DNA of 64,000 bases from an uncultured Bacillota bacterium. Lineage in GTDB: Bacteria; Bacillota_I; Bacilli_A; RF39; UBA660. A model generated the notes under the pieces. That model ran no database searches. It saw only the letters and a list, made by a program, of their open reading frames with translations, and was not told where the DNA came from. The position numbers were made by a program, and so were the translations under genes. The stretch lies in NCBI GenBank assembly GCA_947168485.1, contig CAMVLZ010000003.1, positions 32,997 to 96,996 of the forward strand, read 5' to 3'. Below, in pieces: positions 28,956 to 38,965 of the stretch (positions within the stretch are counted from its first letter, which is position 1; each line of letters starts with the position of its first letter).

Positions 28956-29897
28956 TTATTTAATTTTTTCTATTACTCTCATTTTTGCACTTCTAGAACG
29001 AGGATTTCTTTCAATCTCCTCTTCAGTTGGAATAATAGGTTTTCTATTAACTAACTTAAAGTCTGGTAAAAGGGATGGATCTACATTAGGCATTCCTCGT
29101 ACACTATCATCTTCTTCAGTTAATTCTTTAAAATATCTTTTTACTATTCTATCTTCTAATGAATGAAATGTTATTACTACAACTCTTCCACCTACATTTA
29201 ATAACTCTGTAGCATCTCTAAGTGCAGCTTCTAAGACATTTAATTCATCATTTACTTCTATTCTAATTGCTTGAAAAATTTGACGAGCAGGATGCTTTTT
29301 TAACCTTACTTTCATTGGAACTGCTGTTTTTATTATTTCAACTAATTCCATTGTAGTTTCGATTGGTTTAGTTTGTCTTGCTTCTACAATCTTTTTAGCA
29401 ATACCTGGTGCAAATTTATCTTCACCGTATTTATAAAAAATATTTCTTAGTTCTTCATAAGAATATTCATTTACTACATTATACGCACTAAAAGTTTGAG
29501 AAGTATCCATTCTCATATCTAGTGGTGCATCTTTGTGAAAAGAAAAGCCTCTATAATCTTCATCTAATTCTGGAGAAGATACTCCTAAATCAAATAAGAT
29601 TCCATCTACTTTTTCTATTCCTTCATTATTTAAAGCTTTTTTCATATCTTTAAAATTAGTTTTCAATATAGTGAAGTTAGTACCGATAGCACTAAGTCTA
29701 TCGGTACTATGCCGAATTGCTTCACTATCTTGATCCAAGGCGAATAGGTAACCTCTTTTCACTTTTTTTAAAATCTCAGATGAGTGCCCTCCATAGCCCA
29801 GCGTCGCATCAACATAAACGCCACTTGATTTTATATTTAATGATGAAACTGCTTCGCCGAGAAGAACACTAATGTGTGCTTCAGACATTTTCATCAC
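28956..29897 (-). CDS. rsmH: 16S rRNA (cytosine1402-N4)-methyltransferase
   Basis: HISVLL.E, DATLGYGGHS, DLGVSS.ELD, SFHSLEDR-like (TFHSLEDRIVK) and RSRSAKMRV motifs. Confidence 0.9.
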   Translation of the reverse strand: MMKMSEAHISVLLGEAVSSLNIKSSGVYVDATLGYGGHSSEILKKVKRGYLFALDQDSEAIRHSTDRLSAIGTNFTILKTNFKDMKKALNNEGIEKVDGILFDLGVSSPELDEDYRGFSFHKDAPLDMRMDTSQTFSAYNVVNEYSYEELRNIFYKYGEDKFAPGIAKKIVEARQTKPIETTMELVEIIKTAVPMKVRLKKHPARQIFQAIRIEVNDELNVLEAALRDATELLNVGGRVVVITFHSLEDRIVKRYFKELTEEDDSVRGMPNVDPSLLPDFKLVNRKPIIPTEEEIERNPRSRSAKMRVIEKIK

Positions 29898-30321
29898 TTC
29901 CGCTAAATAAAGTCTCGGCTATATCAGACATATCTTCGCTAGCAGAATCGTAGAATTCATTCCATTTTTGTAATGACCAGATTTCTAACCTGTCTCCTAC
30001 GCCTATAATGACACACTCTTTTGTGATATCAGCGTAAGATAATTGTGGGGAGGTAATAAGAACACGGCCATTTTTATCAAATTCTGCTATAGTAGCTCCA
30101 GATAGGAAGAAACGATTAAAGCTTCTAGCATTTTTCTTGGTAAAAGGTAGAGTACCTAATTTATTAGTTATTTCATCCCAAGATGACTTTGAATATACAT
30201 ATAAGCAATTTTCAATACCTCTTGTTATTACGAATTCATCGCCCAGTTCTTCACGAAATTTAGAAGGTATTATCAATCTTTTTTTATCATCAATGTTGTG
30301 ATGAAATTCTCCAATAAACAT
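29881..30321 (-). CDS. mraZ: Transcriptional regulator MraZ
   Basis: MFIGEFHHNIDDKKRLIIPSKFR... and a second DRLEIWS repeat. First gene of the dcw operon. Confidence 0.9.
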   Translation of the reverse strand: MFIGEFHHNIDDKKRLIIPSKFREELGDEFVITRGIENCLYVYSKSSWDEITNKLGTLPFTKKNARSFNRFFLSGATIAEFDKNGRVLITSPQLSYADITKECVIIGVGDRLEIWSLQKWNEFYDSASEDMSDIAETLFSGSDENV

Positions 30322-30330
30322 AGCAATCCC

Positions 30331-30355
30331 CCACTTTTAACCACTATCTTCCACT
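30331..30355 (-). promoter_or_regulatory. Three direct AGTGG repeats at exact 10-bp spacing: candidate MraZ operator
   Basis: The minus strand reads AGTGGAAGATAGTGGTTAAAAGTGGGGGA (plus-strand ccact at 30331, 30341, 30351). It lies between a TATAAT box (30361-30366) and the mraZ start. Confidence 0.65.
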
Positions 30356-30481
30356 ACTTGATTATAATATACTAGTTTTTTATATTTATGTAAACACATT
30401 TTTCTAACAAAAAATTAATTTTACAAAGAAAGTTTACACTATTATTTTTACTATTATTATGATAAATTTATTCTAGGTGAT

Positions 30482-31138
30482 TTGATGAGTTCATTCATAT
30501 TAAAGTTAATAGCGTTGCTATCAATGACTATAGATCATACAGGTAAACTTTTATTTATTAACGATGATATTTTTAATATCTTAGGTAGAATAGCTTTTCC
30601 ACTTTTTGCTTTTCAAATTGTGGAAGGTTACACTCATACTAAAAGTATTAAAAAATATTTATTTAGATTATTCTTAGTCGCTGTTATTTCACAATTTGTT
30701 TTTTATGAATTGTTTCATGGGTTAAATACTATTTTTACTCTTTTAATAGGTTTATTATGTATATTGATTTATGAAAAGCAAGAAGATAAAGTTATTTCAA
30801 TTTCATTAATTCTTGTAATTTTATTATTATCAATACTATTTAATTTAGATTATGGATTATATGGTTTATTAGTAATTATATTCTTTTATGTATTTAGAGA
30901 ATCTAAAGTTAAAAAAAGTATAGCTTTTACTATACTTACAATTATTCATTACTCTTTATTAATGTATACTTCAAAAGATATTAGTTTATTACTACCAATG
31001 AGTACGACTTTATCTTCATTAATATTTATAAACTTATATAATAATAAGAAAGGTAAATCTTTAAAATACTTATTCTATATCTATTATCCATTACATTTAT
31101 GTATACTTTGGTTAATTCAACTAATAAGAATATTATAA
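30482..31138 (+). CDS. TraX family membrane protein
   Basis: LKLIALLSMTIDHTGKLLF ... RIAFPLFAFQIVEG motif, polytopic. Confidence 0.7.
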   Translation: MMSSFILKLIALLSMTIDHTGKLLFINDDIFNILGRIAFPLFAFQIVEGYTHTKSIKKYLFRLFLVAVISQFVFYELFHGLNTIFTLLIGLLCILIYEKQEDKVISISLILVILLLSILFNLDYGLYGLLVIIFFYVFRESKVKKSIAFTILTIIHYSLLMYTSKDISLLLPMSTTLSSLIFINLYNNKKGKSLKYLFYIYYPLHLCILWLIQLIRIL

Positions 31139-31177
31139 AAAAATAGTCATTAAATAATGACTATTTTATTTTTTTAT
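31137..31177. terminator. Bidirectional terminator between the traX-like gene and thrS
   Basis: 11-bp stem AAATAGTCATT/AATGACTATTT flanked by an A-run and a T-run. It overlaps the thrS stop codon. Confidence 0.65.
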
Positions 31178-32921
31178 CTTTTATTTCATCTAATATAAGT
31201 TTAATAAACTCATCTTTCTTAACTGTAGTAGTTTCTTTTTCTCCAAATCTACGATAACTGATTTCTTTGTTTTCTTTTTCATTATCCCCTAAGATTAGAG
31301 TAAATGGAACTTTTTTAGTTTGTGATTCTCTTAGACGATATCCTAACTTTTCATTACGATCATCTAATTCAGCTCTGATATCATGATCTTTTAATTCATC
31401 ATATACTTCTTTAGCATAATCACTTTGGAATTCAGAGTTAACTGGCATTACTACTACTTGAGTAGGTGCTAACCAAGTTGGAAAAGCTCCCTTTGTTTCT
31501 TCAGTATAGAAAGCAGTAAATCTATCGAATGTACCAAAGATTGCTCTATGGATTACTACAGGAGTTTGTTTTTCTCCATTTGAATCAATATAAGTTAATT
31601 CAAAGTTTCTTGGTAATAAGAAATCTAATTGGCATGTAGAAAGAGTTATTTCTGGTCCTACCGCTGGTTTAACTTCAACATCTAATTTAGGTCCATAGAA
31701 AGCTGCTTCTCCTTCTGCTTCAAAGTAATCTATTCCTATTTCATCTAATACTTCTCTTAATTTAGCTTCAGCATTATCCCACATTTCATCATCATCAAAG
31801 TATTTTTCTTTATCTTCTTTATCTCTTAATGATAATCTGAATTTATAGTCTTTAATACCAAAATCTTTATAAGTATCTAATATTAATGTAACAACCTTTT
31901 TAAATTCATCACCTATTTGTTCTGGAGTTACAAAAAGGTGAGCATCATTTTGACACATACAACGAACACGTTCTAATCCTTTAACAGCTCCACTTGCTTC
32001 ATATCTAAAGTCTTGAGCAAATTCACCTATTCTAATTGGTAAATCTCTATATGAATGCATTTTATTTTTATAAATTAGCATGTGATGAGGGCAATTCATT
32101 GGACGAAGAACAAATTCTTCTTCATCAACTTTCATCATTGGGAACATATTTTCTTTATAATGATCCCAGTGTCCAGATGTTTTATATAAGTCAACTGTTC
32201 CTACACATGGAGAATATACATGTTGATAACCCAATTTTTGTTCTTTTTCATAAATATAATTTTCTAATTGTTTTCTTATTAAAGCACCATTAGGTAACCA
32301 CATAGGCATACCTGCCCCAACAAGTTCATGAGTCATAAATAATTCTTGTTCTTTACCTATTTTTCTATGATCTCTTTCTTTTGCTTCTTCTAATTCCTTT
32401 AAATGTGCTTCTAAATCTTCTTCAGTGTCATAGCAAACTCCATAGATTCTTTGAAGCATTTTATTTTTAGCATCACCTTTCCAATAAGCTCCACTAAATT
32501 TAATTAACTTAAAGTATTTCATTTCTTTAGTTGTATCTACATGTGGTCCACGACAAAGATCAGTGAAATCACCTTGAGTATAAGTAGAAATAGTTACTTC
32601 ATTTTCATCCATTCTACTGATTAAATCTACTTTATACTCATCATCAGCAAATTCTTTTAGTGCTTCTTCTTTAGAGATTTCATTTCTTACAATTTTCTTA
32701 TTATCTTTAGCACACTTTTTCATTTCTTTTTCTATTTTAGGAAGATCTTCTTCAGTAATTACTTTATCTCCTAAATCAATATCATAATAGAAACCATCTT
32801 CTATTACTGGTCCTACCCAGAATTTTGCTTCTGGATATAAATGTTTTACTGCTTGTGCAAGTAAATGGGCACAAGAGTGATTTAATTTATTTAGTCTTTC
32901 ATCTTCTTTTATGTTTTTCAT
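31161..32921 (-). CDS. thrS: Threonine--tRNA ligase lacking the N-terminal TGS domain
   Basis: Starts at the editing-domain motif [16 protein letters not shown]...[11 protein letters not shown] and runs through class II catalytic and anticodon-binding regions. 586 aa. Confidence 0.95.
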   Translation of the reverse strand: MKNIKEDERLNKLNHSCAHLLAQAVKHLYPEAKFWVGPVIEDGFYYDIDLGDKVITEEDLPKIEKEMKKCAKDNKKIVRNEISKEEALKEFADDEYKVDLISRMDENEVTISTYTQGDFTDLCRGPHVDTTKEMKYFKLIKFSGAYWKGDAKNKMLQRIYGVCYDTEEDLEAHLKELEEAKERDHRKIGKEQELFMTHELVGAGMPMWLPNGALIRKQLENYIYEKEQKLGYQHVYSPCVGTVDLYKTSGHWDHYKENMFPMMKVDEEEFVLRPMNCPHHMLIYKNKMHSYRDLPIRIGEFAQDFRYEASGAVKGLERVRCMCQNDAHLFVTPEQIGDEFKKVVTLILDTYKDFGIKDYKFRLSLRDKEDKEKYFDDDEMWDNAEAKLREVLDEIGIDYFEAEGEAAFYGPKLDVEVKPAVGPEITLSTCQLDFLLPRNFELTYIDSNGEKQTPVVIHRAIFGTFDRFTAFYTEETKGAFPTWLAPTQVVVMPVNSEFQSDYAKEVYDELKDHDIRAELDDRNEKLGYRLRESQTKKVPFTLILGDNEKENKEISYRRFGEKETTTVKKDEFIKLILDEIKDKKIK

Positions 32922-33099
32922 CTATTCTTCTCTCCATTCTATCAAACATTTCTTTTAATCTTACATAATATAATTTTTGCTTTAAATAGCTTTCTTCTTT
33001 TATTAATTCTTCTCTTTCCTTATCGGTGAGCTTTTCATTTTTTTGATTGTACTTATTGCGTCTCAATTCTCTTCTGACACTATCTAGTTCCTCACTCAT
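32899..33099 (-). CDS. Small basic coiled-coil ORF (66 aa) between the T-box terminator and thrS
   Basis: GGAGG lies 7 nt upstream of the ATG at 33097-33099. Sequence [19 protein letters not shown]...[14 protein letters not shown]. The 3' end overlaps the thrS start by 23 nt, and the thrS RBS lies inside this ORF. Confidence 0.45.
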   Translation of the reverse strand: MSEELDSVRRELRRNKYNQKNEKLTDKEREELIKEESYLKQKLYYVRLKEMFDRMERRIDEKHKRR

Positions 33100-33112
33100 A
33101 TTATTACCTCCA

Positions 33113-33312
33113 ACAAAAAAAACCAAAAATGAGGAGTGCATTGCACGGTACCATCCTTGGTTTATCTCTATTTTAATAACGGTTTTATCCGGAATTACTT
33201 TGCATAATTCTACTCGAAAGGTAGTAGCTTATAAGATAATTTAATTTACTTTCACCAAACGTAAACTCTCTTAATAAATCATCAAACAGTCTTGTCCTTT
33301 GTCAATGTATTT
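33113..33312 (-). promoter_or_regulatory. T-box leader (Thr) with terminator/antiterminator
   Basis: Minus-strand elements: AGAGAG box and distal-loop TGGTGAAAG; the T-box sequence AAGGATGGTACCGTGCAA (33141-33158); a terminator stem AAACCAAGGATG/CATTTTTGGTTT followed by U8; and candidate specifier ACU/ACC in ...AAGCUACUACC... Confidence 0.8.
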
Positions 33313-33352
33313 CCCTATTGTTATATCACAATTTTTATTTTTTTTCAACTTA

Positions 33353-34108
33353 TTATCTTTTATTCCATGTATGAGGTACTTTCATAACTGATTGTAATCC
33401 TCTAAATCCACTACTATAATTTCTTTTTCCTTGAATAAATAAGTCTTCTAATTTTGCACATTTATCATTTTTTACTTTATATGAACAATTCTTAAATAAA
33501 GCAAAATGTAGATGGACTCCTGTAGCAATACCTGTTCTTCCCATCTTTCCTATACAATCGTTAATAGTTACTTTCTTTCCTACTTTTAATCCTTTAGCAT
33601 ATTGAGATAAATGTACATACTGAGAAGTATATTTTACTCCATTAATATTATGATTTATTGTTACTATCTTAGCTCCAGCATAATCTCTATATATAGATGA
33701 TACTACTCCATTTGCGACTGGATAAATATTTTCTGAATATGCATTAGATGAAGTAATATCTAAAGCAAAATGATTATATGATGGATACTGGGTTATTTTT
33801 CCATGTGTAGTTGGTAAATACCATATTCTTTTCTTAGTATTTTTAGTTGTTTTATTAACTGAAGAAAATTCTACTTCTTCTAATTCACCCAAATTATCTT
33901 CTTCATATCCATATGCAAGCATACTTAAAATATTGGTATGATCTTCTTTATTACCAATTTTAGTAGTAGTCATATCTTTAGTATTAATATATTCAAAGTC
34001 AAACATAATATTATTTCCAAATAATATTGGCCCTATATAAAGACCTATAGAGAGAATTATTATTACTAATGATATGTATATAAAACTTTTATGTTTTCTT
34101 GAATACAT
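33353..34108 (-). CDS. M23 family peptidoglycan metalloendopeptidase, membrane-anchored
   Basis: N-terminal TM helix. HFALDITS (HxxxD) and GVHLHFALF (HxH) motifs. Confidence 0.8.
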   Translation of the reverse strand: MYSRKHKSFIYISLVIIILSIGLYIGPILFGNNIMFDFEYINTKDMTTTKIGNKEDHTNILSMLAYGYEEDNLGELEEVEFSSVNKTTKNTKKRIWYLPTTHGKITQYPSYNHFALDITSSNAYSENIYPVANGVVSSIYRDYAGAKIVTINHNINGVKYTSQYVHLSQYAKGLKVGKKVTINDCIGKMGRTGIATGVHLHFALFKNCSYKVKNDKCAKLEDLFIQGKRNYSSGFRGLQSVMKVPHTWNKR

Positions 34109-34168
34109 ATTTCCTCCAGCTAAATGGGTTTATTCTATTATAAAAAAAAATAAAAGTCAAATTAACTT

Positions 34169-36064
34169 TTATCTTCTTCTTTTTACTAATTTTCTATTTA
34201 CTTCTTCTTTAAATAGACTTATTTTATCCTCTTTTTGATTTATCAATTCCTTCTTTTGTTTTATTTCATCTTCTAATTCATATAATTCTTTATCAGTTGG
34301 TTCTTTATCAAAACAAACTTCTTGAGCATATTCCATTAAAATATCTGGTGCTTTTCTTAAAGGTGAATGGATACGACAATAGTGATCCAAATTTAGTCCT
34401 TCATGAGCACCTTCCATTTCATATCTACTCTTTGGATAAAGGCCTTTTAATATTTCTTGTAATTGGTTTATTTTCTTATTACCATAAGTATTTTGTAATG
34501 TCTTAATAACTCTAGAAATATTTTCATCCTCTTCTTGATCAATAGTTAATACTTTGTATAAACAAGGATAACCTTTTTCAGCAAAGTTATTAGCAACTTT
34601 ATTTCCTATTAACAATTGAGCCATATCAACTATTCTATGAGCATAATTATTTCCATCTTTTTCAGTTGTAACTTCTAAATATAATTTTTGTGGTCTATAG
34701 ATAGTTTCAAGTATTTCAGTTACTTGTCTTAAATTATTAACTAGATTATGTAATTTAGTATCACTAGTACCATTTTGTAAAATATCTTCTACTTCAGCAA
34801 AAGTTTTATTTTGATTAATCTTAGTAATAGTTTTAGGATGAATCTCGCTAATAATACCATCAGTCTTACTTATCTCAAAGAAATGAGATCTAGTATATTT
34901 ATAAACACCTTGTTTTAAAGATGCAACTGATGATGAAAAATCATAATCAAAAATAGGTATTGTTTTACTATAATTATTATCATTATCTAATTGATATTTT
35001 ATAGGTAAATATATATTTGATTCTCTTTTCATAGCTTCTTGTACTACAGGAGAATAATAATCATAATAACCTAGTGGATCAGCAATATGTATTCCTAGTA
35101 AGAAGTTACCATTAGGTAATTTTTTGCAAGATAATGCATCATCTATTATGAAAGCACCTTTATCAATAGTAATAGAATAATCTTCATTAATAGGTCTTCC
35201 ATCAACTACAAAACTATCTTGATAATATGTTTCTAAAGATTCAGGTATAACTAATCTAATACCATATTTAGTAGCAATCAATTCTATATCCTCTTTAGTT
35301 TCACTATTATTAGAAATCATCTCTTTTATAGTTTTAGTATATTCAATACGTTTCTTTCTATCACGACGATGTCCTTTCATACAATTAAATTTATCTAAAG
35401 CATTCATTACTTCTTGTAAACAAGCTTTCTTATCTTTAGAAGATAAATTTAAACTCTTTTGAGACATCATAGTAGAAATAATATTAGAGTAATATAAAAC
35501 ATTTTCTTCATCTAACTCTTCTGCAGATTTTAAATATTTTTTTATAACATTTTGATATAAAGAAACATTATGTTTATCTCTAATATTTATAAGATCAGGA
35601 AATATTTTAAATACTTTTCCTACTCTCATTATATCCATTTTTTTATCTAGTATTAATTTCATTAATTGATATTCATTTATATCTTCTTTTAAATATACTT
35701 CTAGTCCATTTAACTTTTCTCTAACATGCTCTAATTCAGTAATATTAGAATCATAATTAGCAAATTTTTTCTTTCTTTCTGATTCAATTGTTGAAATTTT
35801 TTCATCAAGTTTATTTAATCTTCTAGCAATTAATTTTCTATCATAAATTGTATTTGTAAGGGATTTTTCTAAATATGAAAAAGCAATATCTAAGTTCTCT
35901 AAAGAAGATGATCCAAAGTAATCATCTAATCTTTTATTTATATAATCAAATAAGACATCTAATAAGTCTGCTCCAAATTCATCTATGAAAAGAGAGAACT
36001 CTTGTTTAGGAAGAGATCTGTTGTCTTCAATTGATCTTATTATTGCTTTTTCGTATTTCTTCAT
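34169..36064 (-). CDS. RNB-domain (RNase II/R family) protein with a ~300-aa helical N-terminal region and no recognisable CSD or S1 domain
   Basis: TIDKGAFIIDDALS (motif I), GIHIADP, NIYLP, and HSPLRKAPDIL (SP.RRY..L-type motif IV). Confidence 0.65.
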   Translation of the reverse strand: MKKYEKAIIRSIEDNRSLPKQEFSLFIDEFGADLLDVLFDYINKRLDDYFGSSSLENLDIAFSYLEKSLTNTIYDRKLIARRLNKLDEKISTIESERKKKFANYDSNITELEHVREKLNGLEVYLKEDINEYQLMKLILDKKMDIMRVGKVFKIFPDLINIRDKHNVSLYQNVIKKYLKSAEELDEENVLYYSNIISTMMSQKSLNLSSKDKKACLQEVMNALDKFNCMKGHRRDRKKRIEYTKTIKEMISNNSETKEDIELIATKYGIRLVIPESLETYYQDSFVVDGRPINEDYSITIDKGAFIIDDALSCKKLPNGNFLLGIHIADPLGYYDYYSPVVQEAMKRESNIYLPIKYQLDNDNNYSKTIPIFDYDFSSSVASLKQGVYKYTRSHFFEISKTDGIISEIHPKTITKINQNKTFAEVEDILQNGTSDTKLHNLVNNLRQVTEILETIYRPQKLYLEVTTEKDGNNYAHRIVDMAQLLIGNKVANNFAEKGYPCLYKVLTIDQEEDENISRVIKTLQNTYGNKKINQLQEILKGLYPKSRYEMEGAHEGLNLDHYCRIHSPLRKAPDILMEYAQEVCFDKEPTDKELYELEDEIKQKKELINQKEDKISLFKEEVNRKLVKRRR

Positions 36065-36068
36065 TCTC

Positions 36069-36974
36069 TCAGTCCCTTCTGTTTTTACTTATTAGGCTTT
36101 CAGTAATAGTTAGTTGCTTGATTCGCTCTACTATTCTTCTTGCTTTAAGAGAGTCTACTCCGGAGGATGTAGTTGCTAGATTTTTTTCTAATTCTTCTAT
36201 AGTTAGGTTTGATGTAAAAAACGTTGGTAGATTTTCATCCATTCTATATTGAAGTATTGGACTTAGAATTTCATCTCTAGCCCATGGTGTTACATTTTCT
36301 GCTCCTATGTCATCTAATAGTAGTAAAGGAGATTTTTTTATATATTCAAATCTTTCTTCATAATTAGTATTGAAAGATGATTTTAAACTCCTTAAAAATT
36401 CAGGATAATAAACTAAAGTAGAATCTACTCCACGTCTTGCCATTTCATTAAATAATGCAGCAATTAAATAAGTTTTTCCAGAACCAAATGATCCATGTAA
36501 ATATAATCCTTTAGGTCTATCTTCTTTATTATAATTATCTATAAATTCTTTAAAGTATTTAATTATAGGTAGACGTTTCTTATCATCACTATATATACCT
36601 TTAAATGAAGCTTCTTTTACACTAGAAGGCATATCATATAATTTAATAAATTTTTCATACTCTTTATTTTTATCTGCTTTTATCTTTTTAGAACAAGCTT
36701 CATAATCAAATATAATTATATTTCCATCTTGTTCTGGAGTATATTTATATCCTTTAACTTTATTTTTACATGTTGAAAGAGATCTACAATTATTACAATT
36801 TTTACATTCTATAAATGCATCTTGTAATGTAGATGTATATTTCAATAGAATTTCTTCTTTAATATTTAATCCGTACATAAAATCTTTAAACTCTTTATCT
36901 TGACAAGCTTCCATGAAGTCGTGTTTTAAATCAGTCTTATTATCATTTTTTATAATATTACTAATATTCTTCAT
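36069..36974 (-). CDS. dnaI: Primosomal helicase loader DnaI
   Basis: N-terminal Cys cluster CKNCNNCRSLSTCKN. AAA+ motifs GLYLHGSFGSGKTYL and LLLLDDIGAE. Confidence 0.85.
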   Translation of the reverse strand: MKNISNIIKNDNKTDLKHDFMEACQDKEFKDFMYGLNIKEEILLKYTSTLQDAFIECKNCNNCRSLSTCKNKVKGYKYTPEQDGNIIIFDYEACSKKIKADKNKEYEKFIKLYDMPSSVKEASFKGIYSDDKKRLPIIKYFKEFIDNYNKEDRPKGLYLHGSFGSGKTYLIAALFNEMARRGVDSTLVYYPEFLRSLKSSFNTNYEERFEYIKKSPLLLLDDIGAENVTPWARDEILSPILQYRMDENLPTFFTSNLTIEELEKNLATTSSGVDSLKARRIVERIKQLTITESLISKNRRD

Positions 36975-37047
36975 TCGACTTCACCACCAACTTTATTGTA
37001 TCAAACTAAATGTTAAATATCTAGTCTTTTACATATATTTGTCTATT

Positions 37048-37070
37048 AAAAAAGAGTGATTTATCACTCT
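37048..37070 (-). terminator. Rho-independent terminator
   Basis: AGAGTGA/TCACTCT hairpin followed by U6 on the minus strand, just after the stop at 37072. Confidence 0.55.
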
Positions 37071-37071
37071 A

Positions 37072-37698
37072 TTAAATTATTTGTATTTTATGTAGTTCTG
37101 CTAAAACTAAATCTGTACTTGTTTTTATAAATTTATCTATATTATCAATATTAAAAATTAAATCTTTACGTAATTTAGAATTTTCTATTAATACTGATGC
37201 ATCATCTATAATTAATTGTATTTTATCCATAGGTATTTCTGTAATAATATTATTTAATTTAGGTGCTTCATTAAAGAATATATCTAAGTTCATATTATAT
37301 TTATTTATTAATTGAATATTCATATTAGTATAATCACTATAAATATATTTAGATAACATATTACCAGTACATTTTACTTTAGTACCATCTAATTTAGTAA
37401 TTATATCTTCATCATATATTTCACTTATAAAATATTTAAACCATAAATAATCAGTATATATATGAACAAAATATCCCATTACAAAGTCATCATTAAGATA
37501 CTTCTTATATTTATTTAGAAACTTATCAATATTTGGAATATCATCATTTGTATCTTGGAAATGACTTTTTACTTTACTTTCTCCAAGACATTTAGAAATA
37601 TCTGGTGCGATAGCTCCTATTAAATATTTTGAATTGTCACATTTTAATACTTTATTAACTTCATTTGCAACCGCTATATGTATTATTGATGAAGCCAT
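37072..37698 (-). CDS. Hypothetical metal-dependent hydrolase (zinc-dependent phospholipase C-like N-terminus)
   Basis: SSIIHIAVANEV...GAIAPD...HF pattern. This is a weak family assignment. Confidence 0.4.
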   Translation of the reverse strand: MASSIIHIAVANEVNKVLKCDNSKYLIGAIAPDISKCLGESKVKSHFQDTNDDIPNIDKFLNKYKKYLNDDFVMGYFVHIYTDYLWFKYFISEIYDEDIITKLDGTKVKCTGNMLSKYIYSDYTNMNIQLINKYNMNLDIFFNEAPKLNNIITEIPMDKIQLIIDDASVLIENSKLRKDLIFNIDNIDKFIKTSTDLVLAELHKIQII

Positions 37699-37730
37699 GT
37701 TATCACCTTCTTTTTTATAATCTTTAAGTT

Positions 37731-38306
37731 CTATCTATTAATAAGTATTATTGAACGATTATCTTTTTTCATTAAAGAAAAATCTTCTAGTTTTTCACTA
37801 AATAATCTTTCTATTTTTACTACTCTATTATGTGTGAATGTTTCATGTAATACGATTGCGACATCTTCATCATCTACATAATAATCTTCTTCTAGAAAAT
37901 ATGGATCAAATAAATATACAAAGTTTTCATCAATATTTGTAATTAGTACATAATGCTCTGAACTTTGCCAACAACGTGCTATTACTACACCATTATTATT
38001 TAGTGAATCTTTAATTCTTTCTAAAGTAACATTTTCTCCGTATAGGATTTTACATTTTATATCAAAATCATCATTACGATTAGCAAACTCTACAAAATAT
38101 TTTGCTAGTAATTCTGCATGTTTTTTAGATGTTCCACCTTTTCCTTCTACTCCATCTGTTCCTTCTACATCTAGTGTAAATCTATAAATTGCTTTTAATA
38201 ATTCTACTGGTATATCTTCTCTATCATATAAGTATGCTAAAGCATTAACAAATGATGTTGTTCCACAATCATACTCTGTATTTTGATATCTTAATGGTAC
38301 TTTCAT
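37731..38306 (-). CDS. C39-like (papain-fold) cysteine peptidase domain protein
   Basis: YQNTEYDCGTTSFVNALAYL (Q...CG catalytic motif) and the downstream SEHYVLI His. Confidence 0.55.
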   Translation of the reverse strand: MKVPLRYQNTEYDCGTTSFVNALAYLYDREDIPVELLKAIYRFTLDVEGTDGVEGKGGTSKKHAELLAKYFVEFANRNDDFDIKCKILYGENVTLERIKDSLNNNGVVIARCWQSSEHYVLITNIDENFVYLFDPYFLEEDYYVDDEDVAIVLHETFTHNRVVKIERLFSEKLEDFSLMKKDNRSIILINR

Positions 38307-38327
38307 ATTATGCCTCCATATAATTAT

Positions 38328-38942
38328 CTATTTTATATTGTTTATATTTATTAAATTATTATTATCAAATTCTATTTTAAATGTTTCACATGGTTTCCAT
38401 TTACCATCAAAAAACTCTTTATCATTAAATGTATATGGTTGATCATAATAAGTTTTACACCATTTACTAAATAAAGCTGCTAGAGCTGTTGAATGTCCTA
38501 CTATTAAAATATTCTTATCTTTATGTTTGTTTAGAATATCTATTAGAGCTGCTTCTTCTCTTTTAAGAACTTCATTTAATGATTCACCATTTCCTATTTT
38601 ATAATTATAATCATTGAATTGTCTTTGTCCAAAGTCAGTTGGTAATTCATCAAAAGATTTTATTCCAAACTTTCTTTCTCCAAATCTTTCATCAATATTA
38701 ATTTTATCATCTGTAAAATATTTAGCTGTTGCTATAGCACGTACATAATTTGATGAGTAAACTACATCAAAGCTTTTTAATTCTTCTAAATTACTTTTTT
38801 CTTTAGCAATTTCTTCTCCATTTTTTGATAGAATCCATTTTTCATTTTGTAATTGTAATGAATCATTATTATTAATATTGTTATACTTTAAGGCTTCTGA
38901 ATGTCTCATAAAATAAATTGTAGTCATCTTTATCAACTCCAT
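38328..38942 (-). CDS. Histidine phosphatase (phosphoglycerate mutase-like) family protein
   Basis: IYFMRHSE (RHG-type motif) and VGHSTAL. Confidence 0.7.
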   Translation of the reverse strand: MELIKMTTIYFMRHSEALKYNNINNNDSLQLQNEKWILSKNGEEIAKEKSNLEELKSFDVVYSSNYVRAIATAKYFTDDKINIDERFGERKFGIKSFDELPTDFGQRQFNDYNYKIGNGESLNEVLKREEAALIDILNKHKDKNILIVGHSTALAALFSKWCKTYYDQPYTFNDKEFFDGKWKPCETFKIEFDNNNLININNIK

Positions 38943-38965
38943 ATTTATTATATCATTTTTAATAG

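Noticed and set aside
33047-33244. The 65-aa plus-strand ORF upstream of thrS
   Set aside because: It lies antisense to the T-box leader, whose conserved T-box sequence and terminator explain this region.
33300-33305. TTGACA hexamer as the -35 box of the thrS leader promoter
   Set aside because: No acceptable -10 box lies 16-18 nt downstream. A TGATATAAC extended -10 box at 33320-33328 is a more plausible promoter, and the TTGACA would then be inside the transcript.
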